From an uncultured Prevotellaceae bacterium (lineage in GTDB: Bacteria; Bacteroidota; Bacteroidia; Bacteroidales; Muribaculaceae): a stretch of DNA of 64,000 nucleotides. Every line of letters begins with the position of its first letter. The stretch's first letter is position 1. Below are positions 27,821 through 36,530 of this stretch, one piece after another. The translations under genes were made by a program, and so were the position numbers. The notes beneath the pieces are model-generated. The model saw only the letters and a list, made by a program, of their open reading frames with translations. It did not search any database and was not told the DNA's origin. The stretch covers positions 161,891 through 225,890 of the forward strand of contig ONGE01000001.1 of NCBI GenBank assembly GCA_900317325.1, read 5' to 3'.

Positions 27821-28855
27821 ATGCCTGGACACAAATATAAAGGATATACCAATGACGGACGCCCGCTGAAGATCTCATTCGACGTGGACGGCGATGACAC
27901 GCCGACACCGAAGGTAGAACAGCCCACCGAAGACCAACCCTCTCGCCCTGCCGGCAATGCCATAGGCAAGGGACTGTGCTTCATCAGCTTCGGTAGCGGC
28001 AGCAGTGGCAACTGTGCCTACTTGGGCACCCCGCGTGGCGGCGTCCTCATCGATGCAGGCATCAGGGAGCCGGTGAAGTATCACCGCAAGAAAAAGAATC
28101 CCGAACGGCAGGACGTCCCCACATTTGACCAAGCACTGGCCGAACTTGAGCGCAACGGCGTATCGCCCGACATGATCAAGGGCGTGCTGCTCACCCATGC
28201 CCATCAGGACCACATGCGCACCTTGTATCCCGCAGTGAGCAGGTGCAAGTGCAGCGTTTTCTGCACGATGGGTGTGATGAGCCAATTGCTGCAACGGTGC
28301 CGCATCACCAGCCGCATCACTGACCGTCATGTCCCCATCTTCAAGGAAATACCATTCAGAATCCTGGACATGGAAATCACAGCCTTTGAGACCCTGCACG
28401 ACGTGAAGAGCGTCGGTTTCAGCATCGAATATGAGGGAGAACGCTTTGTCGTGGCTACCGACACAGGCATCATCACCGAGCGCGCAGCCCATTACATGAG
28501 CCAGGCCAATTACCTGATGATAGAGAGCAACTACGACCGTAAAATGCTGTTGGAGGGCACCTATTCCTATATGCTCAAAGACCGCGTCATGGGCGAGAAA
28601 GGCCACCTCGACAACGAGGTAGCCGCCCAATTTGTGGCCGAGCATTATCACAAGAATTTACGCAATGTGTTCCTGTGCCATCTGAGCAAGGACAACAACA
28701 CCGAGGAAATCGCCCTTAACACGATGCGTCAAGCCCTGGAGGCCAAAGGAATCACCGTTGGCGACGGTTCCAACTCCGCCGACCAGAGTACCCGTGATAT
28801 CCAGATCTGCGCTTTGCCCCGCTATACTTTCTCCGACTTCTATATCTTGGCTTGA
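27821..28855 (+). CDS. Metallo-beta-lactamase-fold hydrolase (YycJ/WalJ-like)
   Basis: FGSGSSGNC, LIDAG, THAHQDH, HD, TDTG, ESNYD, GHL, HLSKDNN. Confidence 0.88.
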   Translation: MPGHKYKGYTNDGRPLKISFDVDGDDTPTPKVEQPTEDQPSRPAGNAIGKGLCFISFGSGSSGNCAYLGTPRGGVLIDAGIREPVKYHRKKKNPERQDVPTFDQALAELERNGVSPDMIKGVLLTHAHQDHMRTLYPAVSRCKCSVFCTMGVMSQLLQRCRITSRITDRHVPIFKEIPFRILDMEITAFETLHDVKSVGFSIEYEGERFVVATDTGIITERAAHYMSQANYLMIESNYDRKMLLEGTYSYMLKDRVMGEKGHLDNEVAAQFVAEHYHKNLRNVFLCHLSKDNNTEEIALNTMRQALEAKGITVGDGSNSADQSTRDIQICALPRYTFSDFYILA

Positions 28856-29909
28856 CCTGCTTCTTATAGTTATAATTGGAATTGTAATAGGACTTACTCT
28901 TGGGCTTCTTGGGTGCCACGACTGGCGTCGAGACTGCCTTTGAAACCGTTGCGGCATTGATGGGCTCAGGCTTGATGGACTCGTCGAATATCTTATAGTC
29001 CTCGTTCTGCTTGAGCAACTGCTTGAACTCCTCGGTAAAATACGGCTCAAGTTTATCATACTCAACCAGGATCTCAATAGGAGAGCTCGAGATGCTGCCA
29101 TGCTGGAATTCAAACTTGACACCTTTCTTTGTGCAGCACACCTCGGCGGGAACGTTCAAGGCATGTTGCAGTTTGCGGTCATCGGAACGGCCACTGTTGA
29201 GTTCGTCAATCTTCTTATTGATGGTCTTGAGCAGTTTGGTCTCCTTTTCCATGTCAGGCACCAGAATGTCCAGTCGCGAGAGGACACGCTGCCTCATCCT
29301 GTCATAGTGGATGAAGTAGCTGTTCTCGGACGTCGTGTTGCCGTTGTATTCCACCTTATCGATTTCCATCACCAGCAGGCGCTGCGATGTCATGTAGGGA
29401 TAGACAAGCACCTGACTCACGTTGCCATAAACCGGCACGATAGTGGGGGCCGACGACAGCTTCTTGTAGTCGTCGCCGATGGGCTTGTTGAACGATGGCG
29501 TATTGAGATAGACATAACGCGCATCCTTCATCTGAGACTGGGTGTTGCCGAAGGCGCGCCCTATCAACTCCTTGTTGAGGGCCGTCAGCTCACCGTCGCC
29601 GTTCACCTTCCTGGGCCAGCGCACCTTCACATGCTTGATGCTCGTGTAGCGTGAACTGTTGTCACCGGGAATGCTGGGATTATCGGCAATGTAGTAATAG
29701 GTATTGTGCTGCAACTCGTCGAACAAGTCATCCTGAGACGCTGCCATTACGGTATCGGCCTCGATGACATAATCGGTCGAGTCGCGTTGTTCAAACAGGT
29801 TCTTGCTCTGGCCGCTGGCCTCGATGCGGCGCGACATATACCATCCCGCAGCCACCAGGTCAATGATGGTCAACAAGATGATGACAATGATGAGGTTCTT
29901 TTTGGTCAT
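28752..29909 (-). CDS. Membrane-anchored protein, possibly RsiV/PdaC (DUF3298)-like, with a basic C-terminal tail
   Basis: N-terminal TM helix, periplasmic-type body ending GVKFEF..IEILVEYDKLEPYF; the tail overlaps the MBL gene. Confidence 0.65.
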   Translation of the reverse strand: MTKKNLIIVIILLTIIDLVAAGWYMSRRIEASGQSKNLFEQRDSTDYVIEADTVMAASQDDLFDELQHNTYYYIADNPSIPGDNSSRYTSIKHVKVRWPRKVNGDGELTALNKELIGRAFGNTQSQMKDARYVYLNTPSFNKPIGDDYKKLSSAPTIVPVYGNVSQVLVYPYMTSQRLLVMEIDKVEYNGNTTSENSYFIHYDRMRQRVLSRLDILVPDMEKETKLLKTINKKIDELNSGRSDDRKLQHALNVPAEVCCTKKGVKFEFQHGSISSSPIEILVEYDKLEPYFTEEFKQLLKQNEDYKIFDESIKPEPINAATVSKAVSTPVVAPKKPKSKSYYNSNYNYKKQVKPRYRSRRKYSGAKRRSGYHGYSGRRSWNRRQR

Positions 29910-29964
29910 ATTATTTTTAGCTGTTAGCAGCTAGCTATTAGCATTCAGCTATATGTTTTTGCTA

Positions 29965-30843
29965 TCAGTTCTTTGATTCTGTCAATTCTTGCACGGCGTC
30001 GCTCACGCGTTGCATCAGCCAGCGCGGCGTTGACGTGGCTCCGCAGATGCCGATTCGCTCCTTTCCCTCCAGCCAGGCGGGATCGATGTCACTCTCACCA
30101 CTGACGAGGTGAGAATCGGGGTTGGCATCCAGGCATTCGGCGAAAAGGATGCGCCCGTTGCTGCTTTTTGCCCCGCTGACGAACAAGATGAGCTCGTGCT
30201 GGGCCGCAAATTCGCGTATCTGCGGGATGCGATTGGCTACCGAGCGGCAGATGGTGTCGAAACTGCGGAACGTCACACCGGGCTGCACGCGTTGCTTGAT
30301 TTCCTCGACAATGCGCTGAAACTCCTGCACGCTCTTGGTCGTTTGAGAATAGAGATAGATGTCACGCGAATAGTCGATCTTATCGATTTCACCGATGTTC
30401 TCGATGACTGTGGCCCGCCCCTGGGTCTGGCCCACGAGACCCAGCACCTCGGCATGACCACGCTTGCCGTAGATGACAATCTGAGGAGGGTTACCCTCGT
30501 TACTGTCGTTGAAGGTGGTGGCGATGCGTTGTTGGAGCTTGAGCACCACAGGGCAAGTGGCATCGATGATCTCGATGCGGTTGCGGCGTGCGGTTTCGTA
30601 GGTCTCGGGCGGCTCGCCATGAGCCCTCAGGAGCACTTTCACGTCGTGCAACTGCTCCAGCTGGTCGTGGGTGATCGTTTCCAGACCACGGCTTTCAAGG
30701 CGATCGACCTCGGCGGTATTGTGCACGATGTCGCCCAGGCAGTACAGATGCCCGGTCTTGTTCAGTTCCTCCTCGGCCTTGCTGATGGCAGTCGTCACCC
30801 CGAAGCAGAACCCCGACCCCTTATCTATCTCGATAATCGCCAT
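29965..30843 (-). CDS. ispH: 4-hydroxy-3-methylbut-2-enyl diphosphate reductase
   Basis: SGFCFGV, GDIVHN, RAHG, DATCPVV, SQTT, DTICRSV, SSNG, GATSTP. Confidence 0.96.
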   Translation of the reverse strand: MAIIEIDKGSGFCFGVTTAISKAEEELNKTGHLYCLGDIVHNTAEVDRLESRGLETITHDQLEQLHDVKVLLRAHGEPPETYETARRNRIEIIDATCPVVLKLQQRIATTFNDSNEGNPPQIVIYGKRGHAEVLGLVGQTQGRATVIENIGEIDKIDYSRDIYLYSQTTKSVQEFQRIVEEIKQRVQPGVTFRSFDTICRSVANRIPQIREFAAQHELILFVSGAKSSNGRILFAECLDANPDSHLVSGESDIDPAWLEGKERIGICGATSTPRWLMQRVSDAVQELTESKN

Positions 30844-30912
30844 TTTTAGTTTTTCAGCTTCTTGTCCCTGGACCTAAGTTTTTGGTTGGCAAACACTAAC
30901 TATTCAACACGA

Positions 30913-31614
30913 TTAACACTTGGCTCTCTCGAGGTAGAGCTGATAGAGCCACTCGTCTTGCTGCTCAAAGGTCAAGTTGGAATTGTCGAGCACCACGGCA
31001 TCCTCGGCCTGACGCAAGGGGCTCTCCTTGCGGGTACTGTCGATGCGGTCACGCTCGGTGACGTTGGCCAGCACCTCGTCAAACGTTGTGGTGGTATCGC
31101 CTTTAGCACGCAATTCGTCAAAGCGTCGCTGGGCACGCACCTGAGCACTGGCTGTGGCAAACACCTTCATCTCGGCATCGGGGAATACCACCGTGCCGAT
31201 GTCGCGTCCGTCCATCACCAGACCCTTGTCCTTGCCCATGGCCTGCTGCTGGCGCACCATCTCCTTGCGCACAAAGCCGATGGCGGCAATAACGCTCACC
31301 ACGTTGCTCACGCGCATGCTGCGGATATAGCGCTCCACGTTCCTGCCATTGAGCACCGTCACGCTCTTGCCATCCTTGGTGGGACGGAAAGTGATGACGA
31401 TGTCGCCGCGCTTGAGGTGTTCCTTGAGGGCCTTCTCGTCCACCTTGTCGCCCTTGATGAGCTTGTTGCGCAGGGCAAACAAGGTCACGGCACGGTACAT
31501 GGCACCCGTGTCCACATAGGCATAGCCAATACGCTTGGCAAGCGTCTTGGCCATCGTGCTCTTGCCTGTTGACGAATGTCCGTCAATGGCAATAGTAATC
31601 TTCTTAAGTTTCAT
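30913..31614 (-). CDS. cmk: Cytidylate kinase
   Basis: [46 protein letters not shown]. Confidence 0.96.
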   Translation of the reverse strand: MKLKKITIAIDGHSSTGKSTMAKTLAKRIGYAYVDTGAMYRAVTLFALRNKLIKGDKVDEKALKEHLKRGDIVITFRPTKDGKSVTVLNGRNVERYIRSMRVSNVVSVIAAIGFVRKEMVRQQQAMGKDKGLVMDGRDIGTVVFPDAEMKVFATASAQVRAQRRFDELRAKGDTTTTFDEVLANVTERDRIDSTRKESPLRQAEDAVVLDNSNLTFEQQDEWLYQLYLERAKC

Positions 31615-31642
31615 TGCTATCCATTAATGTTGAATCTTGACG

Positions 31643-31709
31643 GCAAAGATAGTGCAAGCAGAGCGAAATGCCAAATTTATTTGAGCATTTCCGAGGCGCA
31701 GCCTATCTT
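31643..31709 (-). repeat. 67-bp dispersed repeat, copy A, ending in the cmk -7 promoter box
   Basis: Aligns without gaps to the reverse complement of 61335-61401; internal hairpin CCAAAT-TT-ATTTG. Confidence 0.75.
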
Positions 31710-31840
31710 AATAATAGTAGAGTTATAAAAAATAGTGATACACCAGAAAAAAACAACGATGCACGAGAAAAAATTGATACAGATGTTGCAGTAAAGAAAA
31801 ATTGAGTAACTTTGTGGGTAGATTACATTAATGACATTGA

Positions 31841-32812
31841 ATGATCGAACGACACATTATCATTGACAACGTTGATCCCGTCACTTTCTACGGGGTGAAT
31901 AACAGTAACATACAACTTATCCGCAACCTGTTCCCAAAACTGCGCATGGCAGCTCGTGGCAGTGTCATCACCGTCATCGGCGACGATAGCGAGACCGCCA
32001 ATTTTGAGCAGAAAGTCCATGCCCTTGCCGACTACTGCGCCACCTACAACACGCTCCCCGAGGATGTCATCATCGACACCATCAAGGGCACTCCGCCCAA
32101 GCCGCTGAAGATGGATGACGTCATCGTGTACGGCGTGAACGGCAAGCCCATCAGCGGCCGCACGCCCAATCAGCAGCTGCTGGTCAAGACGTTCGCCGAG
32201 AATGACCTGACCTTTGCCCTGGGGCCTGCTGGAACCGGCAAGACCTATCTGGCGGTAGCACTCGCCGTGCGGGCATTGAAGAACCGTGAGATACGCAAGA
32301 TCATCCTCTCCCGTCCTGCAGTAGAAGCCGGCGAGAAACTGGGTTTCCTCCCCGGTGACATGAAAGACAAGATCGACCCCTACCTGCAGCCGCTGTATGA
32401 CGCGCTCGAGGATATGATTCCTGTGGCCAAACTCAAGGAATACATGGAGAACAATATCATCCAGATTGCCCCGCTGGCCTTCATGCGTGGCCGCACACTC
32501 AACGACGCCATCGTCGTCCTTGACGAGGCCCAGAACACCACGACCCACCAGATCAAGATGTTCCTTACCCGCTTGGGTTTGGGCTCCAAGATGATCATCA
32601 CGGGTGATACCACCCAGGTCGACTTGCCGCGCAGCTCGACATCAGGACTGATTCATGCCCTGCGTGTGCTCGACGGCGTGAAAGGCATCGGCAAGGTGGA
32701 GTTTGAGAAAAAAGACATCGTGCGCCATCACCTCGTGCAACGCATCGTCGAGGCCTACGAGCGTTTCCAGGAAAATCAGATTTTGGCAGACCCGAAACCT
32801 GATGATAAGTGA
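31841..32812 (+). CDS. phoH: PhoH family protein
   Basis: GPAGTGKT, LSRPAVEAGEKLGFLPGD, APLAFMRGRT, DEAQN, GDTTQVDL; -7 box TAACTTTG at 31807. Confidence 0.94.
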   Translation: MIERHIIIDNVDPVTFYGVNNSNIQLIRNLFPKLRMAARGSVITVIGDDSETANFEQKVHALADYCATYNTLPEDVIIDTIKGTPPKPLKMDDVIVYGVNGKPISGRTPNQQLLVKTFAENDLTFALGPAGTGKTYLAVALAVRALKNREIRKIILSRPAVEAGEKLGFLPGDMKDKIDPYLQPLYDALEDMIPVAKLKEYMENNIIQIAPLAFMRGRTLNDAIVVLDEAQNTTTHQIKMFLTRLGLGSKMIITGDTTQVDLPRSSTSGLIHALRVLDGVKGIGKVEFEKKDIVRHHLVQRIVEAYERFQENQILADPKPDDK

Positions 32813-32822
32813 TTAGAAATCA

Positions 32823-33587
32823 GTGAAAACCACAAACCAAGATAACGGCAACCGGGTCGAGCAAGTGACCCCTTACAGCGACCAGACAACCGCCAAAACC
32901 GAGCAAGTGAGGCAGATGTTTGACAGCATCGCGCCAGCCTATGACTTCATGAACCGCGCGATGACCCTGGGCATCGACATCTGGTGGCGATGGCTGGCCG
33001 TCAAGCGGCTCAAGCGGCTGATGCCGACGACGATTCTCGACGTGGCAACCGGCACGGGAGACTTTGCCATCCAGCTGAACAACACGCTCCACCCGCAACA
33101 CATCACGGGCATCGACCTGTCTCAGGGAATGCTCGATGAGGCTTGCCGCAAAGTCAAAGAGAAAGGCCTGGAACAGGCCATCACCTTTGTGCAGGGTGAC
33201 TGCATGGCATTGCCGATGGAGGACGGCTCGTTTGATGCGGTGACGGTAGCCTTCGGGGTGCGTAATTTTGAGCACCTGCAGCGGGGCTACAAGGAAATGG
33301 CTCGCGTGCTGCGTCCCGGGGGCATGTTGTGCGTGCTGGAACTCTCCACTCCCACCAGTGGCCTCATCCGCTGGTTTTATGACCTGTATACATTGCATAT
33401 CATCCCCGCCATCGGCGCGATGAAAAGCGGCGACAAGAGCGCCTACCGCTACCTGCCGCAGAGCATCGCCGCAGTTCCACAAGGCGACGACATGCTGCAA
33501 CTGATGCGCAACGCAGGACTGCGCGACGCGTCATTCAGGCGCCTCACCTTGGGCGTCTGCACCATCTACACAGCCATTAAGAGTTAG
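32823..33587 (+). CDS. menG: Demethylmenaquinone methyltransferase (UbiE/MenG)
   Basis: MFDSIAPAYDFMN, ILDVATGTGD, FDAVTVAFGVRN, RVLRPGG, YRYLPQSI; GTG start. Confidence 0.92.
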   Translation: MKTTNQDNGNRVEQVTPYSDQTTAKTEQVRQMFDSIAPAYDFMNRAMTLGIDIWWRWLAVKRLKRLMPTTILDVATGTGDFAIQLNNTLHPQHITGIDLSQGMLDEACRKVKEKGLEQAITFVQGDCMALPMEDGSFDAVTVAFGVRNFEHLQRGYKEMARVLRPGGMLCVLELSTPTSGLIRWFYDLYTLHIIPAIGAMKSGDKSAYRYLPQSIAAVPQGDDMLQLMRNAGLRDASFRRLTLGVCTIYTAIKS

Positions 33588-33590
33588 GAG

Positions 33591-34835
33591 TTAGGGCTCG
33601 TACTGGTATCCCAAATCCTCGATACAATCGATGACGAGTTGATCGGGGACTGAACCTTCGACCAGTGCAGTGCCTTTGGCAAGATCAACAGTTACTTTTT
33701 CTACTCCGGGAAGGGCGGCAAGACCTTTTTCCACATTGGCCTTGCAGTGAGGGCACATCATGCCTTTTACTTTGAATTCTTTCATTGCAGTGGTTTTATT
33801 ATGGTTGATTTGATGTGATTTCCAATATTTTGCACCCAGGGCCACAATAATCATGCCAAGCAGGAAGATGCTGCACACGGTGCTGAACCACGATGCACCA
33901 TGCATGCCGTGATGCATGACATGACAAGGCAAGGCGGCAACGAACGTCTCACGCAAGCCGGGCCAGTAGTCAACCAGCAAGCCGAAACCAATCGCCCCGC
34001 CGATAATGGAGAGCAGATAGACGATCGTCGCTTTGCGGCCGAAGGCCTTGTTCACCACAAACATCGATGCCACATTGGCAGCAGGGCCCGCCATCAGCAA
34101 CACCAGCGCACAACCTGGCGACATGCCCTTGAGCATTAACGCGGCAGCAATGGGAATCGACCCAGTGGCGCAGACATACATGGGCACGGCCACCAGCACG
34201 ATGATGAACATATTCAAGAAGGGCCAGCGGGCATAGGTCGAGAAAAAGTCATCGGGCAGCAGCACGGTAATCAGCGTGGCCACAATCAGACCGAGCAGCA
34301 ACCAGCGGCCGATGCTCTGCATCATGTCGAAGAAGCCGTATCTGAAAGCCTCTGTAACCTTGTTCCAGAAGCCTTCAGGCAATTCACTGAATTCGTAACT
34401 GGCCTCGGTTGACACGTCGTCAAGCGTTCCCTTGCGTTCCCAATGGCCGACAGCCAACCCACCTATCAACGATGTCACCAACGCTGCGACTGGACGCAGG
34501 ATGGCAAAGGGCAGACCCATCATCGAATAGGTGGCCGCGATGCTGTCCACGCCGGTCTGAGGGGTGGCAATGAGAAACGATGTGGAAGCCGCTCGCGAGG
34601 CTCCGCTGCGACGCAAGGCGACTGCTGTGGGAAGTACTCCGCATGAACACAGCGGCAAGGGGATACCGAAAGCTGCCGCAGTCGCTACCGAGCGCAGCCC
34701 CGTCCCCGCCAGATAGCGGCTATAGATCGCCGACGGCACGAACGCATGCAGCACACCCGCTATCAAGAAACCCAACAACAGGTAGGGCGACATGCCGTTC
34801 AGCATCGACACAAAAGCATTCACATAGTCCATCAT
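33591..34835 (-). CDS. Permease (SO_0444/DUF318-type metal transporter) with a C-terminal HMA domain
   Basis: PLPLCSCGVLP, FLIATPQTGVDS, PMYVCATGSIP; C-terminal GMMCPHC metal-binding loop. Confidence 0.88.
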   Translation of the reverse strand: MMDYVNAFVSMLNGMSPYLLLGFLIAGVLHAFVPSAIYSRYLAGTGLRSVATAAAFGIPLPLCSCGVLPTAVALRRSGASRAASTSFLIATPQTGVDSIAATYSMMGLPFAILRPVAALVTSLIGGLAVGHWERKGTLDDVSTEASYEFSELPEGFWNKVTEAFRYGFFDMMQSIGRWLLLGLIVATLITVLLPDDFFSTYARWPFLNMFIIVLVAVPMYVCATGSIPIAAALMLKGMSPGCALVLLMAGPAANVASMFVVNKAFGRKATIVYLLSIIGGAIGFGLLVDYWPGLRETFVAALPCHVMHHGMHGASWFSTVCSIFLLGMIIVALGAKYWKSHQINHNKTTAMKEFKVKGMMCPHCKANVEKGLAALPGVEKVTVDLAKGTALVEGSVPDQLVIDCIEDLGYQYEP

Positions 34836-34916
34836 AACTGCAGGCAAAATTACGAATAATTTTTCTTTTTCGACCTGCAATCTGAGAACAAAAAGGACAT
34901 TGTCCAGGAATGGATG

Positions 34917-35849
34917 CTAGATTTTCAAGGTAATGGAAATAACTAAGCCTCCTGAGGGGGCATTCTTGGCCGAGACCATTCCGCCATGCAGCAAGACAGC
35001 ATTCTTGACGATGGCCAGACCCAAGCCTGTGCCACCCATGGATTTACTGCGTCCCTTGTCAACAGTGAAGAACCGTTCAAAAATCCGCGAAATGAGATCT
35101 TCAGGCACGCCCTTTCCATTATCCGAGATATCGATGTCCCAAAAAGGAGGGTTCTTGCGAGCAACGATTTCAATCGTCGTATCGTCACCGGCATAATTGA
35201 TGGCATTGTCAATGATGTTGCGGAACACGCTATACAGCAGTGCCGTGTTACCTGTCACAATCACATCTTGAGGCATACAGTTCCTGACGGTCATTCTGTG
35301 CACATCAAATGAATGTTCACTCTCGCTGATGATATCTGCCACCAGCATGGAGACGTTAACTCGGTCCATTTCCAGATCCTGGGCAGCATACTCCATCTTG
35401 TTTAACAGCGATATGTCCCGTAATAGTGATGTCAGGCGGGAAGCCTGCTCGTGGGTGCGGAGAATGAACTTGTGGGCAAGATCCGGCTCGATATCAGGAT
35501 TCTCGAGCAGCGTCTCGCTATAGCCGAGAATACTTGCTACAGGGGTCTTGAGCTCATGGGCAATGTTCTGGGTGAGTTCGCGTCTTAACTGGCTGTTTTT
35601 CTGCTCTTGCTCGGTGGTGATTCTCTGGTCCATGCGCTTAGCGTATCGATACAGCAAGAAGCCCAAACCTGTCATGACAACGACCGAGAACAGGAGCAAG
35701 TGCCAGTCACTCATTTCATTAAAGACGTTGAGCCGACGCCGGTCAAAATCCTCAAAAATGATGAAAATCACGGCATAAACGGCAAATATCGCCATCACGG
35801 TGAGGAACATCCTGTGCCCTTCAGTCAGTTTTTTCATTTTCATTATCAT
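34917..35849 (-). CDS. Sensor histidine kinase, PhoR-like, short
   Basis: Two TM helices, HELKTP H-box, NIIDNAINY N-box, DNGKG, FERFF..DKGRS..GGTGLGLAIVK. Confidence 0.9.
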   Translation of the reverse strand: MIMKMKKLTEGHRMFLTVMAIFAVYAVIFIIFEDFDRRRLNVFNEMSDWHLLLFSVVVMTGLGFLLYRYAKRMDQRITTEQEQKNSQLRRELTQNIAHELKTPVASILGYSETLLENPDIEPDLAHKFILRTHEQASRLTSLLRDISLLNKMEYAAQDLEMDRVNVSMLVADIISESEHSFDVHRMTVRNCMPQDVIVTGNTALLYSVFRNIIDNAINYAGDDTTIEIVARKNPPFWDIDISDNGKGVPEDLISRIFERFFTVDKGRSKSMGGTGLGLAIVKNAVLLHGGMVSAKNAPSGGLVISITLKI

Positions 35850-36519
35850 TGGTGAAATAATAACCGTAGCCGTGACGGGTACACAGGCAACGGCTGTAAG
35901 GTTCGATTTTCTTTCTTATTCGGGTGATGTTGACATCAACAGTCCTCGCAGACACGACGACCCTCGATGGCCACGCTTCGTGCATCAACTCTTCACGGCT
36001 AAAAACATGTCCACGATGAGTCATAAGCAGCCACAGGATGTCAAATTCCAGACGAGACAATTCAACAAAAGCCCCGTTAATCACAACCGACTTATCCTCG
36101 TGGTTAACAATCATTTGATCGTGGGTGACAACTGCTACAGGATGCCCCTTGCCTGAACGGGAGAGCACCGCTTTGATGCGAGCCTCCAGTTCTTTGACCG
36201 AGAAGGGCTTCGACATATAATCATCGGCACCGGCATCAAAGCCGTCAAGGATGTCGCGCTCGCTGTCCAGAGCCGTCAGGAAAATGATGGGGACAGCCTT
36301 TGCGTCCTCCCTGATGCGAATGCGGCGCGCCACCTCAATCCCGCTCATTACAGGCATCATCACATCCAGCAGCACCAGGTCGATCTGGTCGAAGTCTTCT
36401 TTCAGCGCCTCAACACCTGAATGGGCGACAATCGTTTCATAACCGGCATTGTGGAGATTGTAAGATAAAATCTCACACAAGTCGGGTTCATCGTCAACTA
36501 TAAGTATTGTCTTGCTCAT
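35821..36519 (-). CDS. OmpR/PhoB family response regulator
   Basis: IVDDE, LLDVMMP, FLTA, DDYMSKPF; wHTH with RTVDVNITRIRKK and GYGY. Confidence 0.93.
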   Translation of the reverse strand: MSKTILIVDDEPDLCEILSYNLHNAGYETIVAHSGVEALKEDFDQIDLVLLDVMMPVMSGIEVARRIRIREDAKAVPIIFLTALDSERDILDGFDAGADDYMSKPFSVKELEARIKAVLSRSGKGHPVAVVTHDQMIVNHEDKSVVINGAFVELSRLEFDILWLLMTHRGHVFSREELMHEAWPSRVVVSARTVDVNITRIRKKIEPYSRCLCTRHGYGYYFTNDNENEKTD

Positions 36520-36530
36520 GGTTCACAAAA

